Shown in pieces: positions 59,080 through 64,000 of a DNA stretch of 64,000 nucleotides (the stretch's first letter is position 1; the number at the start of each line of letters is the position of its first letter). The notes beneath the pieces are model-generated. The model was not told the origin of the DNA. It worked only from the letters and a program-made list of their open reading frames with translations, and did no database searches. The stretch is from Dehalococcoidia bacterium. GTDB taxonomy: Bacteria; Chloroflexota; Dehalococcoidia; UBA6926. Where the stretch lies: the NCBI GenBank assembly GCA_963666115.2, contig CAXXET010000004.1, positions 224,001-288,000 of the forward strand. The letters run 5' to 3'. The position numbers were made by a program, and so were the translations under genes.

Positions 59080-59931
59080 TTATAGTGGGGAAGCGGGCGG
59101 CGGCATGGAGTCCAGGTTGTTTTGGACTAGTTGGGTGGCGGGGTGGGCTTCGCCGCGGGTCTGCTCCAAGATGCGGCTTGCTCGCTCAAAGAGTTCTCGC
59201 GCGCCCTCCATATCACCCATGTATTGCAGGATTCCCGCAAGGTTGTTGGCGCGGATGGCGACTAGCGGGTGGTCTGCGCCGTAGGCCGCCTCGTCGATGT
59301 CCATGGCCCGCTGATAGCCCTCACGCGCTCCTTCAAGATCACCCAAGTCTCGCAGCACTCCGGCAATGTTGTTGACCTCGGCGGCAACGACGGGATCGTT
59401 CGGGCCGCGCTGTTGCTCATCGATGGCCAATGCACGCTCGTAGTACTCCTTCGCGCCGTCCAGGTCGCCGGACTCATGCGCGAGGCCGCCGAGGTTGTTG
59501 ATGATGGAGGCCACGAGCGGATGGTCGTCGCCGTGGATATCAACCAATATGTTCAGCGCCGTCTCCAAGTGACCTTTCGCGTCGTTGAAGTGTCCGAGTT
59601 CCTGCAGGACGCCGCCGAGGTTGTTGTGGACAATTGCGACGGCCTCATCTTTCTCGCCGTAGTGTTGGCGAGCGCGGTCAAGCGCCTGCTCATAGTGCTG
59701 GCGCGCGCCGCCCATGTCTCCCAGCTCCTGGAATACGGTCGCAAGATTGTTGAGGTCCTGGATGACGTTGGGGTGGGTCTCGCCGTGATCGTGGCGGTCG
59801 ATTTCGAGAGCCTTCTGCAGATGTTCCCAAGCCGTAAGAGGTTTGTCCTGCTCACGCGCCGACTGCGCCATGGCGCGGAGTTCGTCGGTTGAGAGGTCCT
59901 CGCCCTGCCCGTTCGTCACGTCGTCCGCCAT
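59080..59931 (-). CDS. Tetratricopeptide repeat protein (42-aa, kinesin-light-chain-like repeats)
   Basis: About five repeats of HP.VA...NNL..V.Q.LGD..GA...Y.RAL.I. Confidence 0.9.
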   Translation of the reverse strand: MADDVTNGQGEDLSTDELRAMAQSAREQDKPLTAWEHLQKALEIDRHDHGETHPNVIQDLNNLATVFQELGDMGGARQHYEQALDRARQHYGEKDEAVAIVHNNLGGVLQELGHFNDAKGHLETALNILVDIHGDDHPLVASIINNLGGLAHESGDLDGAKEYYERALAIDEQQRGPNDPVVAAEVNNIAGVLRDLGDLEGAREGYQRAMDIDEAAYGADHPLVAIRANNLAGILQYMGDMEGARELFERASRILEQTRGEAHPATQLVQNNLDSMPPPASPL

Positions 59932-60713
59932 GTGAGAGTCATTCCGCCGTCGACGACGATGGTCTGGCCAACGATCATCTCGGACTCCGGCAAACAGAGG
60001 AACGCCACGGCGCGGGCGATGTCCTCCGGCTCAACCATGCGGCCGGCAGGAGTTTCCTGGGTGGCCTTGGCAATCATGTTCTCCCGATCCTCAAAGTGGT
60101 CGAGCGCGTCGGTCTTGACGAGTCCGCCGGAGACCGTGTTCACGCGGATGCCCTGCGGCGCGAGTTCGACGGCGAGATAGCGGGTGAGGGATTCAAGCGC
60201 CGCCTTGGAGACGCCAACGCTGGTGTAGTCGGCCATGACGCGCGTAGAGCCAACGCTGGAGATATTGATGATTGAGCCGCCTCCCTGGGCAATCATGTGG
60301 GGGGCGGCCAGCTTCGCGGCGAGCCAGGGAGCGCGCGCGTTGATGCCCATCGTCCAGTCCCAGTGCTTTGGCTCCAGCTCCGTCGCGGCGCGCTGGATGC
60401 CGGAGGCGGCGTTGTTGATCAGGATGTCAAGCCGCCCAAAGGACTCGATGACATTGGAGATTAGCTCTTCAACCTGATCCGGTTCGCCAACATGGGCCTT
60501 GAATGATTCGGCGCGGACGCCGTACCGTTCCGTGACGCTCTCGACGGTTTCCGTCGCTTGTTTGGGATTGCGGAAGAAGTTGACGGCAACGTTCGCGCCC
60601 AAAGAGGCGAGTTCACGAGTGATGGCGCGGCCGATGCCGCGGGAGCCGCCGGTTATGAGGGCGACTGTGCCATCCAAGGGCTTGCCGGAGTTTGCGTCGC
60701 TGCGTTGCGTCAT
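59916..60713 (-). CDS. SDR oxidoreductase, FabL-like enoyl-ACP reductase
   Basis: [36 protein letters not shown] (YxxxxxxK spacing typical of FabL). Confidence 0.82.
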   Translation of the reverse strand: MTQRSDANSGKPLDGTVALITGGSRGIGRAITRELASLGANVAVNFFRNPKQATETVESVTERYGVRAESFKAHVGEPDQVEELISNVIESFGRLDILINNAASGIQRAATELEPKHWDWTMGINARAPWLAAKLAAPHMIAQGGGSIINISSVGSTRVMADYTSVGVSKAALESLTRYLAVELAPQGIRVNTVSGGLVKTDALDHFEDRENMIAKATQETPAGRMVEPEDIARAVAFLCLPESEMIVGQTIVVDGGMTLTWRTT

Positions 60714-61516
60714 GATGACTGCATTGTATCGCGGAGCATGGCGGTCTTTTGGGCGGTGATGAGCTTGGTGATGCCCTGCTGGGCGAGGTTGAGGACGGAA
60801 TCGAGTTGGGGGCGGGTGTAGGTTGAGCCCTCAGCCGTGCCCTGCACTTCCACGAGGCGGCCGGATTCTGTGGCGACGATATTGAAATCCGCTCCAGCCT
60901 CGGAGTCTTCTTCGTAGCAGAGGTCGAGGAGCATTTGCTCGTGAGATGCGCCGGCCAGAATGCCGACGGAAACGGCGGCGACAGCCTCCTTTAAGGGGAA
61001 GCTCGGGAAGGGGTCTTCGTCGCCGGCTTCCATTGCTGCGCGCTGCGCCCACTGTAGGGCCTGATAGAGCGCGACATAGGCGCCGGTGATGGCGGCGGTG
61101 CGGGTTCCCCCATCGGCCTGGATGACATCGCAGTCGACGGTGATGCTGCGCTCTCCAAGCGCGCCAAGGTCAGTGACGGCGCGGAGCGAGCGGCCAATCA
61201 GCCTCTGGATCTCTTGCGAACGCCCAACGTCCCTGCCCTGCGCCCTCGCCCGGGCCGTGCGCGTGTGGGTGGCGCGGGGAAGCATGGCGTATTCCGCCGT
61301 AACCCACCCCCGCTGCTGGCCCCGGAGCCAACCCGGCACTCGCTCTTCAATGGAGGCGGCGCAGAGCACCCGTGTATTGCCCTGCACGATGAGCGCCGAT
61401 CCCTCGGCGTGGTCAAGGTAGCCGGGGGTTATGGAGACGGGACGCAGTTCATCTGCGGCGCGGCCATCGGGGCGCTTCATCAATGTCATCCTGTCAAAGG
61501 TATCAACGTCTGTCAT
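60710..61516 (-). CDS. rph: Ribonuclease PH
   Basis: RPDGR...[45 protein letters not shown]. Confidence 0.96.
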   Translation of the reverse strand: MTDVDTFDRMTLMKRPDGRAADELRPVSITPGYLDHAEGSALIVQGNTRVLCAASIEERVPGWLRGQQRGWVTAEYAMLPRATHTRTARARAQGRDVGRSQEIQRLIGRSLRAVTDLGALGERSITVDCDVIQADGGTRTAAITGAYVALYQALQWAQRAAMEAGDEDPFPSFPLKEAVAAVSVGILAGASHEQMLLDLCYEEDSEAGADFNIVATESGRLVEVQGTAEGSTYTRPQLDSVLNLAQQGITKLITAQKTAMLRDTMQSS

Positions 61517-61550
61517 ACAGGACTATACTGTGGCGAACGGGAGGCGAACA

Positions 61551-61778
61551 ATGACGACAGAGGAGCGGCTCGACAGTCTGGAAGACGCGGTCAAGAGGTT
61601 GGTTGTGTTGAACGGGGATGTTGTGGCGATGCTGAAAGCGCACGTTGAAACGTTGAAGATGCACGAGGAGCTAATCGCCGAGGTCCGGCGAGACGCGCGC
61701 TTCACGCAGAAGATCTGGGTGGCTTTCGCACAGCACTTTGGACTGCCGCCGGAGATGTGGCAGGACGATCTCCCCTAG
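61551..61778 (+). CDS. Small coiled-coil hypothetical protein
   Basis: GGGAGG RBS; MTTEERLDSLEDAVKRL heptad pattern. Confidence 0.6.
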   Translation: MTTEERLDSLEDAVKRLVVLNGDVVAMLKAHVETLKMHEELIAEVRRDARFTQKIWVAFAQHFGLPPEMWQDDLP

Positions 61779-61796
61779 CCGCGAGGGTCTGGACGA

Positions 61797-62777
61797 TTGG
61801 ATAGGCGCTCCTCTGTTGATGCACCGGTAACTGCTGAAGAATCTCGTTCACTGCGGCTTAGGCCGCTCCTTGCGGCAGCGCTTCTGATAGTCGTTGCAGC
61901 CGCATTCACAATCCTGATTGTCCGAGAGTGGGCGCTTGCGCCCGCCCCCGTTGAGATACAACTTCCGCCGCCCGGGCCGGCGACAGACGAGGTTACGGTG
62001 CACATTGGGGGCGCAGTGATGACGCCCGGCGTGTATTCCCTCCCCACACGTTCGCGAGTTGCGGATGCGGTCGAAGAGGCCGGAGGAATGATCGAGGGCG
62101 CGGATGCAGACGCCGTGAACATGGCGGAGCTGCTGGAGGACGGCAGCAGCTACATCGTTCCACCAGGGGAGAACGTCCCGCCCGATGACGGCATGGTGGT
62201 TGTGCATGTTTGGGGCGAAGTTGAAAAACCCGGACTCTATGAATTGCCTTCCGGATCGCGCGTCACGACGGCATTGACCGTAGCGGGAGGCTCAACCGAG
62301 CGGGCCGATCTGTCCGGCCTGAACCTTGCCGAAGTCCTCGAAGACGGCGCGCGTTACGACGTGCCGATCCTGGCTGTCGCGGAGAGCGAAGCCGTCGGGG
62401 ACGTAACGGTTCACATGGCCGGCGCGGTGGTCACGCCGGGGATCTACACGCTGCCAAACGGCACGCGGGTCATCGACGCGATCGAGGCCGCCGGGGGCAC
62501 GCTTTCAACGGCGGACATTCATACTCTGAACCTGGCGGAACCGGTACGCGACGGGGCGCGGTACGCGATTCCCGTCTTGCGGGCCACCGTGAACGTGAAC
62601 ATCGCGGGCATGGGCGAACTGGAATCTGTGCCGGGCATCAGCCGAACCATTGCGGAGGCGATCATGAATTACCGGGAGGCGGCCGGGGCGTTCATGGCCG
62701 TGGATGACCTGCTGGACGTTCCGGGCATCGGCCCGTCCACGCTGGCGGCCATACGTCCATTCGTTTCAGTGGGCTAG
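61797..62777 (+). CDS. comEA: ComEA family DNA receptor with three SLBB domains and an HhH domain
   Basis: N-terminal TM; three V.VH..G.V..PG.Y.LP...RV repeats; VPGIG HhH; start uncertain. Confidence 0.88.
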   Translation: MDRRSSVDAPVTAEESRSLRLRPLLAAALLIVVAAAFTILIVREWALAPAPVEIQLPPPGPATDEVTVHIGGAVMTPGVYSLPTRSRVADAVEEAGGMIEGADADAVNMAELLEDGSSYIVPPGENVPPDDGMVVVHVWGEVEKPGLYELPSGSRVTTALTVAGGSTERADLSGLNLAEVLEDGARYDVPILAVAESEAVGDVTVHMAGAVVTPGIYTLPNGTRVIDAIEAAGGTLSTADIHTLNLAEPVRDGARYAIPVLRATVNVNIAGMGELESVPGISRTIAEAIMNYREAAGAFMAVDDLLDVPGIGPSTLAAIRPFVSVG

Positions 62778-62783
62778 CTGGCG

Positions 62784-64000
62784 ATGCGCCCGCTTGCGCT
62801 GGCCGCCGGAACGCTCTGCGGCCTAGCACTGTCGCCTGTTGTTCATCTGCCGCTCCTGATCGTCGTTTCACTCGCGGGATTGGCCGCCGCAGCCTCCTTG
62901 CTGTCACGCCGGGGCGGCCTGCTGTTGGCGTGCCTATTCGTCCTAGGAGTTCTGGCGGGAACGGCGCGGGGGGCCTTGCCGGACACGAATCCCACTTCGA
63001 TTCCCGTGGGGAGCCTCGTGGGCAGAGAGACGGCGCTGGAGAGCGTCGTGCGGGATGCTCCGTCGCGCCGCGGACAGCTAACGCGCGTCCGCGTGACGCT
63101 TCGGAGCGCGGAACTGCTTGACCAAAGGGATATTGGGGCGTTTGGCGTGGACGGGGACGCAATCGCCTGGGTGTATCCGCCGCGGTATGAACTCAGCCCC
63201 GGCGATCGCGTGCTGTTGACAGGCATCCCGGATCGTCCCGTGCCGGACAATGATGACGGGGACGGTGAGGCAGAGGCGCAAGAGACCGGGGCGTCGTGGC
63301 CGGACGATCTTGTTTTACTGATGCGGCCCAGTCTGCGGCTCGTCGAGCGCGCGCCCCCGCCAATGAGGGCGCTCAATTCCGCGCGCAGCCGCCTCAGCGC
63401 ATCACTTGAGCGGAACCTGCCGTCGCCCCAGGCCGAACTTGCGCAGGCACTGCTCCTGGGGCAGCGGGACAGCTTGCCTGCCGAACTCACCGATGCGTGG
63501 CAACGCGCGGGAACGGCGCATCTGCTGGCGATTTCCGGCCTGCACGTGAGCGTTGTGCTGGGAGTGGCTCTGGTGGCAGGCACGATGGCCTTTGGCCGGC
63601 GGCGCGGCCTATACGTGCTGCTGCCGCTGATGCTCGTCTGGGCGTACGCGATTCTTTCAGGACTGAATCCCCCTGTTGTTCGAGCGGCAATCATGGGAAG
63701 CGTGTACCTGGGCGCCATTGTCGCCGGACGGCAGCCGAGCGGCGGCTTGGCCCTGGTTCTCGCCGCAACGGCCATCGCCTTATGGAACCCTCAGGTAATA
63801 GCCACTGCATCATTCCAGATGACTGTTGCCGCGATGGCCGGGATCGTCTTCCTCACAGACCCGCTGAGACGGCTCATGCAGGCGCCGTTCGGCGGACGCG
63901 CCACCGACGCGGGCGCAAGTCTGACAGGCGGGTGGCGGCAAGTCGGGGTGGCAGGAATCTCGGCGTCATTGGGCGCGGTGATCGGGATCAAGCCGCTGCT
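62784..64000 (+). CDS. comEC: ComEC/Rec2 competence channel, 5' part (runs off the window edge)
   Basis: Not in the ORF track. Frame from ATG 62784 contains ALLLG.R, AGTAHLLAISGLHV, PPVVRAAIMG, SFQMT. Confidence 0.92.
   Translation, partial: MRPLALAAGTLCGLALSPVVHLPLLIVVSLAGLAAAASLLSRRGGLLLACLFVLGVLAGTARGALPDTNPTSIPVGSLVGRETALESVVRDAPSRRGQLTRVRVTLRSAELLDQRDIGAFGVDGDAIAWVYPPRYELSPGDRVLLTGIPDRPVPDNDDGDGEAEAQETGASWPDDLVLLMRPSLRLVERAPPPMRALNSARSRLSASLERNLPSPQAELAQALLLGQRDSLPAELTDAWQRAGTAHLLAISGLHVSVVLGVALVAGTMAFGRRRGLYVLLPLMLVWAYAILSGLNPPVVRAAIMGSVYLGAIVAGRQPSGGLALVLAATAIALWNPQVIATASFQMTVAAMAGIVFLTDPLRRLMQAPFGGRATDAGASLTGGWRQVGVAGISASLGAVIGIKPL

Noticed and set aside
1-64000. Genome-wide UGA reassignment (translation table 4 or 25)
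   Set aside because: Many full-length genes end in TGA at their normal C-termini, some overlapping the next start, and Trp is encoded by TGG.
1-64000. CRISPR array, tRNA/rRNA genes, selABCD, integrase or transposase
   Set aside because: None recognised. Repeats are dispersed rather than regularly spaced, and Sec machinery would have to lie outside the window.

Overview
GC-rich bacterial chromosome segment. Gene content (LLM oxidoreductase, SCP2-type thiolase plus DUF35, giant FtsX-like permeases, R3H-AAA, TPR protein, several R-M and TA genes) suggests Chloroflexota, probably Dehalococcoidia/SAR202-like and possibly host-associated; this is inference. The backbone carries otsA/otsB, ada, mscS, a four-gene ABC exporter, tatD, moxR-DUF58-transglutaminase, thiN, a TPP-riboswitch-controlled thiBPQ, tmk, gatA/gatC, rarA, rph and comEA/comEC. 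A ~9.7 kb defence/TA island lies between thiN and thiQ, and a lone type II R-M fusion gene sits at 54.5-57.6 kb. The main result is two genes that the ORF track cuts short at an in-frame TGA located at an active-site position. In both, the reading frame and family homology continue past the TGA and a bacterial SECIS-like hairpin follows. They are an O6-alkylguanine alkyltransferase (P-U-H-R in place of PCHR) and a DUF35-partnered thiolase-fold enzyme (N-G-U-G-G), so both are candidate selenoproteins. Other leads: a ~480-nt nested-fold non-coding element upstream of gatC, a compact structured RNA candidate beside a DUF3800 gene, a homopolymer frameshift at the start of the island methyltransferase, and an internally deleted PIN toxin.
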